Part shown: positions 1 through 7,782 of the stretch, one piece after another
How the letters are laid out: each line of letters opens with the position of its first letter
How positions within the stretch are numbered: the first letter of the stretch is position 1
Assembly: GCF_046028095.1 (NCBI RefSeq)
Contig: NZ_JAQQDJ010000003.1
Location: 45,033-75,032 of the forward strand
Direction: 5' to 3'
Source: Paraburkholderia phytofirmans
GTDB taxonomy: Bacteria > Pseudomonadota > Gammaproteobacteria > Burkholderiales > Burkholderiaceae
DNA: 30,000 bases
Translations under genes and position numbers: made by a program
The notes under the pieces: model-generated
What the model was told of the DNA's origin: nothing
The model's database searches: none
What the model saw: the letters and a program-made list of their open reading frames with translations, nothing else

Positions 1-1289
1 TCACCAGGTTGTCCGTCCGTGAAATTCGGTTTCCCACCTCGCGCTTATTGGACGGCTCAGATGCGATGAACGCCGCGCCGGATTACTCCGCCGCCTACGT
101 CACGCTCGAAACCGATTCGCCCGACGCGCTTACCGGCCACGGCCTCACCTTCACGATTGGGCGCGGCAACGAGATCTGCGTGGCCGCGGTTCAGGCGCTG
201 GCTCCGTTGATCGTCGGTAAAAGGCTCGAGGATATCGCCGCGAACATGGGCGCTTTCTGGCGCGCGCTGACCTCGGATAGCCAGTTGCGCTGGATTGGCC
301 CGGACAAGGGCGCGATTCATCTGGCGACGGCGGCTGTCGTCAACGCGGCCTGGGATCTGTGGGCCAAAGCGGAAGGCAAGCCCGTGTGGAAGTTGCTTGT
401 CGACATGAGCCCCGAAGAGCTCGTGCGCTGCCTCGACTTCCGCTACGTGACCGACGCGATCACGCCGCAGGAAGCGATCGCGATGTTGCATCGTCATGCG
501 AAGACACGGGGCGAACGCGAAAAGGAAATGCTTGCGCAGGGCTATCCGGCCTATACGACATCCGCGGGCTGGCTCGGCTACGACGACGACAAAATCCGCC
601 GGCTCGCGCGTGAAGGTGTCGCGCAGGGCTGGACGCACTTCAAGCAGAAAGTGGGCGGCAACCTCGACGAGGATATGCGCCGCGCCCGCATTCTGCGCGA
701 AGAAATCGGCGAAGACCGCAAGCTGATGATGGACGCGAACCAGGTGTGGGATGTCGACGAAGCGGTCGCGAACATGCGGCGCCTCGCGGAATTCGATCCG
801 TGGTGGATCGAGGAGCCCACGAGCCCCGACGACATTCTCGGCCACGCGGCCATCCGTCAACGGCTTCGGCCGATCGGCGTCGCGACCGGCGAGCACTGTC
901 AAAACCGGGTGATGTTCAAGCAGTTGCTGCAGGCGCAGGCCATCGACTTCTGTCAGGTCGATAGCTGCCGGCTGGGTGGTTTGAACGAGGTGATCGTCGT
1001 TCTGCTGATGGCGGCGAAATTCGGCGTGCCGGTGTGCCCGCATGCGGGCGGTGTCGGATTGTGCGAGTACGTCCAGCATATTTCGCTGTTCGACTATATC
1101 TGCGTGTCAGCGTCGCTGGAAAACCGGGTGCTCGAATACGTGGATCATCTGCATGAGCATTTCGTCGATCCGGTCGTGATCCGCAATGGCCGTTATATGC
1201 CGCCGCAGCGTTCGGGTTACAGCATCGAGATGCATGCGGCGTCGCTCGATGAATATGACTTTCCGGAGGGGGCGGCGTGGAAGGGGTGA
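1..1289 (+). CDS. fucD: L-fuconate dehydratase (enolase superfamily, mandelate racemase/muconate lactonizing family); 5' end cut by window edge
   Basis: The frame is open to nt 3, so the TTG at 9 is only the first possible start inside the window. The translation matches the characterised Xanthomonas FucD by eye: EIRFPTSR.LDGSDAMN..PDYSAAYV, YPAYTTS.GWLGY, WIEEPTSPDD, TGEH.QNRV.FKQLLQA, HAGGVGLCE. A few N-terminal codons appear to be missing. Confidence 0.85.
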   Translation, partial: TRLSVREIRFPTSRLLDGSDAMNAAPDYSAAYVTLETDSPDALTGHGLTFTIGRGNEICVAAVQALAPLIVGKRLEDIAANMGAFWRALTSDSQLRWIGPDKGAIHLATAAVVNAAWDLWAKAEGKPVWKLLVDMSPEELVRCLDFRYVTDAITPQEAIAMLHRHAKTRGEREKEMLAQGYPAYTTSAGWLGYDDDKIRRLAREGVAQGWTHFKQKVGGNLDEDMRRARILREEIGEDRKLMMDANQVWDVDEAVANMRRLAEFDPWWIEEPTSPDDILGHAAIRQRLRPIGVATGEHCQNRVMFKQLLQAQAIDFCQVDSCRLGGLNEVIVVLLMAAKFGVPVCPHAGGVGLCEYVQHISLFDYICVSASLENRVLEYVDHLHEHFVDPVVIRNGRYMPPQRSGYSIEMHAASLDEYDFPEGAAWKG

Positions 1290-1316
1290 GGCGGCGTTCG
1301 TCCTTGGTTCGATCAC

Positions 1317-2204
1317 TCAGCGCAACCCCAGCGCCAGCTCCGCAAACTGCATGGCCCGCGCATTCGCATCGCCGTAACGGTGCGCGATATACAACGTGGT
1401 CGTAGTGTCGGTCTCATCGAGCGTTTTGAACACGACGCCGGGCACCGCGATGGTCTGCAACGTAGCGGGCACGAGGGCAATTCCGAGGCCCGTGGCAGTC
1501 AGCCCGATCAGCGTCGAAGCCTGCTGCGCTTCCTGCACCACGTGCGGCTCGAAGCCGCGTTTCGCACACAGCGCGAGTATCTGCTGCGACACGGCCACAC
1601 CCGCTGCGCGCGGATAGGCGATAAACGGTTCGCCGCGCAAATCCTTGATCTTGATCGACGCGGCTTTCGCCAGGCGATGACCCGCATGCATGGCGACGAG
1701 CAACGGCTCATCCATTAACGGCGTGAAGACGAGTTCGGTCCGCGGCGTGTCGTCCGGCAACCTCAACAGACCGACATCCAGCTCACGCTGTTCGATCGCC
1801 TCGATCTGCAACGACGACGACAGTTCGAGCAACGAGATATTCACCTTCGGCCGCTGCGTGCGGTAAGCGTGAATCAGACGCGGAAAGAGCGGCGACAACG
1901 AAGACGCATTCGTGAAGCCGACCCGCAAACGCCCCACCTCGCCACTGACCGTTTCCCAGACACTCTCTTTCGCATGCTCGATTCGCGCAAGGATGGCCCG
2001 CGCGTCGTCGACCAGCGCCAGCCCCGCCTCGGTCAGCGTGACCGTGCGGCGGGTGCGGTGAAACAGGCGCGCTCCCAGTTCCGCCTCCAGCGCCTGAATC
2101 GCCAGACTCAGCGGGGCCTGCGTAATGCCCAGCCGCTCGGCGCTGCGGCGGAAATGCAGTTCCTCGGCGAGGACCACGAAAAATTCCAGATGGCGGATAT
2201 TCAT
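1317..2204 (-). CDS. LysR-family transcriptional regulator
   Basis: N-terminal winged-HTH signature MNIRHLEFFVVLAEELHFRRSAERLGITQAPLSLAIQALEAELG..LFHRT.R.V.LTEAG. Length is 295 aa. It is divergent from the operon starting at 2313. Confidence 0.9.
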   Translation of the reverse strand: MNIRHLEFFVVLAEELHFRRSAERLGITQAPLSLAIQALEAELGARLFHRTRRTVTLTEAGLALVDDARAILARIEHAKESVWETVSGEVGRLRVGFTNASSLSPLFPRLIHAYRTQRPKVNISLLELSSSLQIEAIEQRELDVGLLRLPDDTPRTELVFTPLMDEPLLVAMHAGHRLAKAASIKIKDLRGEPFIAYPRAAGVAVSQQILALCAKRGFEPHVVQEAQQASTLIGLTATGLGIALVPATLQTIAVPGVVFKTLDETDTTTTLYIAHRYGDANARAMQFAELALGLR

Positions 2205-2225
2205 TGATTTGCTCTGTAAATCAAT
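2203..2225. promoter_or_regulatory. Candidate LysR-type binding site: perfect inverted repeat ATTGATTT-N7-AAATCAAT
   Basis: The repeat was read directly from the sequence. It lies at and just upstream of the LysR start codon in the 108-nt divergent intergenic region. An extra half-site AAATCAA lies at 2244-2250. The T-N11-A architecture is typical of LysR boxes. Confidence 0.5.
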
Positions 2226-2312
2226 AACCTTGCTTTAGAGAATAAATCAAAACTGTTTCCGGGGCGATACTGTTTTCCACCAACATCAACGCCAACACCA
2301 AAGGGAGACAGC

Positions 2313-3089
2313 ATGAACGGTGCGGAACTCGTCGAGCGCCTGCGAGCGCGGCAGAAAATCATTGCGCTGGGCATTCGCGCCTCGCGCACCACGGACGCCG
2401 TCCGTTGGGCCAAAGCCGCCGGCTACGACACGATCTGGGTGGACATGGAACACAGTTCGCTGCCGGTCGACACCGTCTCGCAACTTTGCTCGTGCGCGGT
2501 CGACCTCGGCCTGATGCCGTGGGTGCGTGTGCCGGAGCGCGACTACGGCACGATCAACCGCGTGCTGGATGGCGGCGCGCTTGGCATCATCGTGCCGCGC
2601 GTCGAAACGGCGGCGCAGGCGCGCGACGCCGTGATTGCGACGCGCTTTCCGCCGCTCGGCCAGCGCTCGCAACTGGCGACGCTGCCCTACGTCGGCTTCG
2701 AAAAATTGCCCGCTCGCGAACTCAATCGACGTCTGAACGACGCGACCGTGCTCAAAGTGCTGATAGAAAGCCGCGCCGGCGTGGAAGCGGCCGACGCGAT
2801 CGCGGCGATCGAAGGCGTCGACGTGCTCGCGCTCGGCTGCAACGATCTGTCCGCCGATATGGGCTACACCGGCGAATCGGCGCATCCCGAGGTGGTGGCC
2901 GCGTGCCGCCAGGTGATCGCGGCGGCGCAGCGGCACGGCAAGGTGGTGATCGTCGGCGGCATGCCGGAATGCGCGGCGCTTGATGAACTGCGCCGCGACG
3001 GCGCGGCGCCGTTCATCTTTGGCGGCATCGACAGCGATGTTTATCTCGCGGCGCTGCGCGAGCGCGCCGAGCAGGCACGTCAACTCTAA
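2313..3089 (+). CDS. HpcH/HpaI-family class II 2-keto-3-deoxy-acid aldolase
   Basis: RBS GGGAGA lies 5 nt upstream. The 258-aa protein aligns by eye with YfaU/HpcH-type aldolases: GYD.IWVDMEHS, RVP......I.RVLD.GA.GIIVP.V.TA.QA...V.A.R.PP.G.R, G.NDLSA..GY. Confidence 0.85.
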   Translation: MNGAELVERLRARQKIIALGIRASRTTDAVRWAKAAGYDTIWVDMEHSSLPVDTVSQLCSCAVDLGLMPWVRVPERDYGTINRVLDGGALGIIVPRVETAAQARDAVIATRFPPLGQRSQLATLPYVGFEKLPARELNRRLNDATVLKVLIESRAGVEAADAIAAIEGVDVLALGCNDLSADMGYTGESAHPEVVAACRQVIAAAQRHGKVVIVGGMPECAALDELRRDGAAPFIFGGIDSDVYLAALRERAEQARQL

Positions 3090-3112
3090 CTCGACACTTC
3101 TACTTTTAGATC

Positions 3113-3991
3113 ATGGCAGAAACTCCGCTGATTTCCACGCCGATGCGCGACTACGACACGCTCTCGCGCCCGTCTTTCACCATGCCCGCGCTCGCCTGCG
3201 ACGCCCACATGCATGTGTTCGGCCCCGAGGACAAATATCCGAAGGTCGAGCATCCGCACTACACGCTGCCGGACGGCAAGCTCTCGCACTATCTGCAGAT
3301 GATGAGCGTGCTGCAACTGAAGCGCTTCGTAATCGTGCAACCGAGTTTTTACGGCACCGACAACCGCTGCATGATCGATGCGCTGCATGTGGCGGGATCG
3401 ATCGCACGCGGCGTCGTGATGATTGAGGAGAACACCAGCGCGGCGACGCTCGACAGTTTTCATCTTTCCGGTGTGCGCGCGGTAAGGCTCGACCTGTTCG
3501 CACGCTCCGGCTTGCCGACCGCGGAGATCCAGCAATACATCACGCGTATGGCGCGTTTGTGCGCGAGCCTCGGCTGGCATGTGCAGTTCTATGCGCCGGG
3601 TTGGATCGTGCGCAATCTGATTCCGTTTCTTGCCGACGTACAGAGCGATTTCGTTATCGACCACATGGGCTACATGCTGGAAGAAGACGGTCTCACGCAA
3701 GCCGATTTCGACCGCTTATTGAGCTTGCTGAAAGACGGCAACTGCTGGCTTAAACTCAGCGCACCGTATCGCATCGCCAAACATCGCGGCTATGAAGCAG
3801 TCGCGCCAATGGCCGAGGCGATCATCAAAGCGGCGCCGCACAGAGTGATCTGGGGCTCGGATTGGCCGCACATTCCCGATTCGACGCGCGACACCGGCGA
3901 GTTGCTGAATCTGCTCGGTGCATGGACTGACGAAGCAGAGGTTCGCAAGTTGATTCTGTCGGACAATCCGGCGCGTCTGTTCGATTACTAG
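3113..3991 (+). CDS. Amidohydrolase-2 (COG3618) lactonase, LigI / sugar-acid-lactonase-like
   Basis: Motifs: N-terminal PALACDAHMHVFGP (metal/substrate HxH motif of LigI-like hydrolases), DHMGY, and WGSDWPH near the C-terminus. Length is 292 aa. The start is uncertain because there is no clear SD; an alternative ATG lies at 3143. Confidence 0.8.
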   Translation: MAETPLISTPMRDYDTLSRPSFTMPALACDAHMHVFGPEDKYPKVEHPHYTLPDGKLSHYLQMMSVLQLKRFVIVQPSFYGTDNRCMIDALHVAGSIARGVVMIEENTSAATLDSFHLSGVRAVRLDLFARSGLPTAEIQQYITRMARLCASLGWHVQFYAPGWIVRNLIPFLADVQSDFVIDHMGYMLEEDGLTQADFDRLLSLLKDGNCWLKLSAPYRIAKHRGYEAVAPMAEAIIKAAPHRVIWGSDWPHIPDSTRDTGELLNLLGAWTDEAEVRKLILSDNPARLFDY

Positions 3992-4006
3992 AGAGCACGC
4001 AAGCTT

Positions 4007-5158
4007 ATGGCCTATCAACCCGACGCAGCTTTTGCAGGTCTGTTTCGTGCCTTCACGTCCGACCCGCAGAGCATCGGCGTACATCTGACGCAACAGATGG
4101 CGCAGCAAGCCGACGACGCGGCGATGCTCGTCTCGACCGGCAGCGATATCGCGCTGTTTCCGGGCGGCGGACGGGCGCCGTCGATCGAAAGTTTTCGCCA
4201 ATCGACGCGTGGCTTTATCGAGTTGACCGCGGTGTCGCATTTGCCGCTGGCGTTGGCCTATCTGGCGAGAATGCGCGAAGTGGCGCCGCACGACGACACG
4301 TGGAAAAGCGACGCGGCACGCTTGCGCCAACACGCGCAGGCCGTGCGTGAGGCCAACTCGGTCGCCTTGTGGCGCGATCATGTTGCGGTGAAGAGCTTCA
4401 GCGGTCATGAGCGCAAGATCGCCAACCTCGTCGATTACACCTGCGGCGCGGCGATCGACTGGCTTGCGCGAGCCGAACAGGATCCGGAGGTTCTGAGTTT
4501 CGAGCGCCTGAATGCGGAGTACTTCGCCGCGCCCTTAAGCGCTGCGTTGCCCGTGCCGATGAACGACGTGATGTTCGCCACCTTCGGGCTCGCGTTCCTC
4601 GACATCGCCTATCGGATCGGCAACTGGCTGCGCGAGCAGTCGATCGACTGGCAACGCGCGATGGTGCTGGTGAGCGGCCAATCCGGCCGCCCGACGGCGG
4701 GCGCGACGTGGGCGTCGAACAATATGTGCTACTTGGTGTGGCGCGCGTCGGAGCGTGTATTGCCACCGGATCGGATTCTCGTTGCACCGCACGCGCCGTC
4801 GTTCTCGGTGGCCGAGGTCGGCGACGGGGCCGGGCTTGCCGAACTCGAACGCACGTATCGCCACCTGTGGCTCAACACGCGTTCGAGCATCGACGTGGCG
4901 CGTTTGCTGTTTCCCGAGCAGCGCGCGTATCGCGTCGAGCCGACGCCCGCCGACGGCATGCCGCCCATCACTTCTCTCGACGACCGCGACGCCACCGCCG
5001 CACGGCTGCGCCGCATCATGGAAGATCCCGCGCAGTTGCTGTCGAATTGCGTGGCGGACTACATCGTCGATCAGCTTCATGACAACGGCAATCAGCCGCA
5101 AAACGTGGCGATTCCCGGTTTCACCAACGTGTCGTATCCGGACGTCGTGAAGCCGTAA
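4007..5158 (+). CDS. Hypothetical protein, 383 aa, no family recognised
   Basis: Long ORF with host-like G/C-ending codon bias and ordinary amino-acid composition. It sits 15 nt after the upstream gene. It has no signal peptide, no TM segment and no motif that I recognise. Confidence 0.75.
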   Translation: MAYQPDAAFAGLFRAFTSDPQSIGVHLTQQMAQQADDAAMLVSTGSDIALFPGGGRAPSIESFRQSTRGFIELTAVSHLPLALAYLARMREVAPHDDTWKSDAARLRQHAQAVREANSVALWRDHVAVKSFSGHERKIANLVDYTCGAAIDWLARAEQDPEVLSFERLNAEYFAAPLSAALPVPMNDVMFATFGLAFLDIAYRIGNWLREQSIDWQRAMVLVSGQSGRPTAGATWASNNMCYLVWRASERVLPPDRILVAPHAPSFSVAEVGDGAGLAELERTYRHLWLNTRSSIDVARLLFPEQRAYRVEPTPADGMPPITSLDDRDATAARLRRIMEDPAQLLSNCVADYIVDQLHDNGNQPQNVAIPGFTNVSYPDVVKP

Positions 5159-5248
5159 CGGCATGCCTGCCGGCTGTTAAAAAAACGACCGGCGCGTCAG
5201 GGCACGCGCGCTGGCTGAATCGAATGCCCTTGATGGATGGAGACAGTC

Positions 5249-6568
5249 ATGAACGCTTTTGGGTCGGAGCAATCCGCCGGGCCGCCGTCGAACAACGTGC
5301 TGCGCATCACGCTGGTGTGCTTCGCGGTGTCGATGATCGACGGCTTCGACACTTTGATGTTGTCGTTCGTCGCGCCCCTGCTGGCGAAGTCGTTGCAGAT
5401 CGATCACGCGTCGTTGGGACGCGTATTCGGCGCTGGCTTCGTCGGCACCGTGCTCGGTTCGCTGATCGTGGGGCCGCTGGCGGACCGCTTCGGACGCCGG
5501 CCCATGCTGGTACTCGCATTGTGCGTGACCGGCATTTTCACGCTCGGCTGTGCGTTCGCCACTTCCGCGACGACGCTGGCTGCGTTGCGCTTTCTCGGTG
5601 GCCTCGGAATGGGGGGCGCGATTCCGCCGGTGGCGGCGATCACTGCCGAGAGCAGTCCCCCACAACGCCGCTCGTCGCTGGTGATTTTGATGTTCATCGG
5701 CTTTCCGCTCGGCGCGGTAGTGGGCGGCGCGATTACCGCCGCGTTGATGACGCGCTTCGGCTGGCCGTTCGTGTTCGTCATGGGCGGTGTCTCCGCGTTG
5801 ATCGCTTTGATCCCGGTGCTGCTGGTGATTCCACGGCAGACCGTTTCGCGCGCTGAACTGGCCGCGGCGCGGCAGCGCAGCGCGGCACAGCGAACCGGCC
5901 TGCCCGGCAAGCTATTCGGCAATCTGTTTGCCGGCGGCCGCCTCGCCGCGACATTGGCGCTGTGGGGCGGCGTGCTCTGCAGCATGATCCTGTCGGGCTT
6001 TCTCGTCAGCTTCATGCCGACCATTCTGAACATGAACGGCGTGGCGCCGGCGCGTGCCGCATTGGGCGCGGTCGTGCTGAACGTCGGTGCGATCGCCGGC
6101 GCGCTGGTGATCTCCACCGTGGTCGGCAAGCGCGGACCATTCGTTCCGGTGGCGATTTCGTTTCTCTGCGGCGCGCTGTTGACGTTCACGCTGGGACACA
6201 TCATCGGCGCGGGCAATGTGGCGTTCGCCATGCTGTTCGCAGTGGGCGCGTGTCTTGTCGGCGGACAGCTGACGATCCCCGCGATCGCGAGCCGCCTCTT
6301 TCCCGCCGACGTTCGCGCGGCCGGTATCGGTTGGACGATGGCGATAGGTCGGACCGGCTCGATCATCGGGCCGCTGGTGGGCGGCATTCTGCTGTCGCAG
6401 CATCTGCCGTTCGACACGCTGTTCATGGTCGCCGCGCTGCTGGCGGTGGGCGGTGCGCTGGGTATCGGTCTCGCGAATATGTGGCGGCCACGCGAAGAAA
6501 GTGGAGCGGCGCTCGCGCCTGCGTCTTTTGCGATCACAGGTTCGGAGTTAGGGAATGGCAAACACTGA
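5249..6568 (+). CDS. MFS transporter, aromatic acid/H+ symporter (PcaK-like) type
   Basis: About 12 hydrophobic segments. MFS loop motif GPLADRFGRRP. N-terminal pattern DGFD..ML.F.AP typical of the AAHS family. ATG 5249 is preferred over 5237 because GGAGA precedes it by 5 nt. Confidence 0.85.
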   Translation: MNAFGSEQSAGPPSNNVLRITLVCFAVSMIDGFDTLMLSFVAPLLAKSLQIDHASLGRVFGAGFVGTVLGSLIVGPLADRFGRRPMLVLALCVTGIFTLGCAFATSATTLAALRFLGGLGMGGAIPPVAAITAESSPPQRRSSLVILMFIGFPLGAVVGGAITAALMTRFGWPFVFVMGGVSALIALIPVLLVIPRQTVSRAELAAARQRSAAQRTGLPGKLFGNLFAGGRLAATLALWGGVLCSMILSGFLVSFMPTILNMNGVAPARAALGAVVLNVGAIAGALVISTVVGKRGPFVPVAISFLCGALLTFTLGHIIGAGNVAFAMLFAVGACLVGGQLTIPAIASRLFPADVRAAGIGWTMAIGRTGSIIGPLVGGILLSQHLPFDTLFMVAALLAVGGALGIGLANMWRPREESGAALAPASFAITGSELGNGKH

Positions 6569-7661
6569 GCGCAGCAGATCTCTGCTCACACCGCTGCAGC
6601 ATCTACCGACGAGCGGCGCGCGCGCCGTGGAAGTCTTCACGAACGACGAGGGCACGTTCGTCGGCGTGCCGCAACTGGCAATCGACGTGGCCGGCGAAGC
6701 GCCGTACATGAACGGCGGCGACAGCGACACCGATGCGCCGATTTACCGCTGGCAGGATGGCCGCTTTGTCGAACATGAAGCACTGTTTTTGCCGGGCGGC
6801 GAAGATCTCGCTTACTTCAGGATCGGCGGACGGCAGTTTCTGGCGGCGGCTGGAATTCGAACGGGCAAGGGCCCGTACGAACTCGATTGCGAAGCCACAC
6901 TGTACGAACGAATCGAGCGGAAATGGATACCGTTGCAGCACTTTCCGGCTTTCGCCGCGAAGCAATGGTTCGCGTTCTCGCTCGGCGAGCGGCATTTTCT
7001 CGCGCTGGCGCAAGGCGTGGTGATCGAAGGCGTGGAACCCAAAAATCCCCGCACGTCGCGCATTTTCGAATGGGACGGCAAGCGCTTCGTGCCGTTTCAG
7101 ACGCTCGACGGACAGTGGGGCTACAACTTCGCATTTGTCTCTTTCGGTGGCGAACACTATCTCGCGTATGCGGATCATGTCGGCGGTTCGCCGGTTTATC
7201 GCTGGAACGGCGAGCGATTCGAAACGTTCCAGATGTTCGACGAAAACGGTGGCCGCGCATTTCGCTTTTTCGAAGCGAACGCTGCGCTTTGGATGCTTCA
7301 CGCGAATCTGCTTGAGCACACCACGTTGTACCGATTCGACGGCACGCAGTTCGTGGCCGTGCAGGTACTCGGCGAGGCGGGCGGGCGCGAGCTCTGTCTG
7401 ATCGACGGCGAGCAGGGCCTTTACCTGGTGCGCGTGTGCTTTATCACCGGCACGCCGAAAGCACCGACGGTCGTGCCGCAATCGCAGATCTTTAAATGGC
7501 GTGAGGACCGTTTCGAACTCGTCGAGACATTCGAGACTTCGGCTGCAACAGACGCCCGCAGTTTCATGATCGACGGGCAGCGCTATCTCGCTGTCAGCAA
7601 TAGCCTGAGCGCGGACATTCGCTTTCGTATCGATTCGTCCGTGTACCGCTTCAACGGTTAG
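6555..7661 (+). CDS. Seven-bladed beta-propeller-like repeat protein resembling EAR/EPTP (epitempin) repeats; function unknown
   Basis: A [YF]-x-[WF]-x-[GDE]-x-[RKQ]-F/W-x-x-x-Q/E motif recurs about every 44-55 aa: IYRWQDGRF, LYERIERKW, IFEWDGKRF, VYRWNGERF, LYRFDGTQF, IFKWREDRF, and C-terminal VYRFNG. Each is followed by a F....G..YLA..-type strand. RBS GGAG lies 7 nt upstream. The gene overlaps the MFS gene by 14 nt. No signal peptide. Confidence 0.8.
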   Translation: MANTERSRSLLTPLQHLPTSGARAVEVFTNDEGTFVGVPQLAIDVAGEAPYMNGGDSDTDAPIYRWQDGRFVEHEALFLPGGEDLAYFRIGGRQFLAAAGIRTGKGPYELDCEATLYERIERKWIPLQHFPAFAAKQWFAFSLGERHFLALAQGVVIEGVEPKNPRTSRIFEWDGKRFVPFQTLDGQWGYNFAFVSFGGEHYLAYADHVGGSPVYRWNGERFETFQMFDENGGRAFRFFEANAALWMLHANLLEHTTLYRFDGTQFVAVQVLGEAGGRELCLIDGEQGLYLVRVCFITGTPKAPTVVPQSQIFKWREDRFELVETFETSAATDARSFMIDGQRYLAVSNSLSADIRFRIDSSVYRFNG

Positions 7662-7663
7662 CG

Positions 7664-7702
7664 GCCGGGCCGAGCACTGACTGGCCCGGCGGCCCGCCGG
7701 GC
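7664..7702 (+). terminator. GC-rich hairpins after the propeller gene (8-bp stem at 7664-7690; overlapping 19-nt palindrome at 7684-7702)
   Basis: GCCGGGCC-N11-GGCCCGGC and GCCCGGCGG-C-CCGCCGGGC were read directly. No U-tract follows, so terminator function is uncertain. Confidence 0.35.
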
Positions 7703-7782
7703 AATCCCCAACGGGAACCGATATCCCTTCGGCATGGGAGGGCGCCGCTTTGCCTTTAAAAAATAAAACCTGGAGACGAGCA

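Noticed and set aside
5404-6561. 385-aa minus-strand ORF opposite the MFS transporter, and similar shadows at 57-1079 and 2286-3083
   Set aside because: Pro/Ala/Arg/Ser-rich antisense frames. The plus frames carry the MFS, enolase-superfamily and aldolase signatures.
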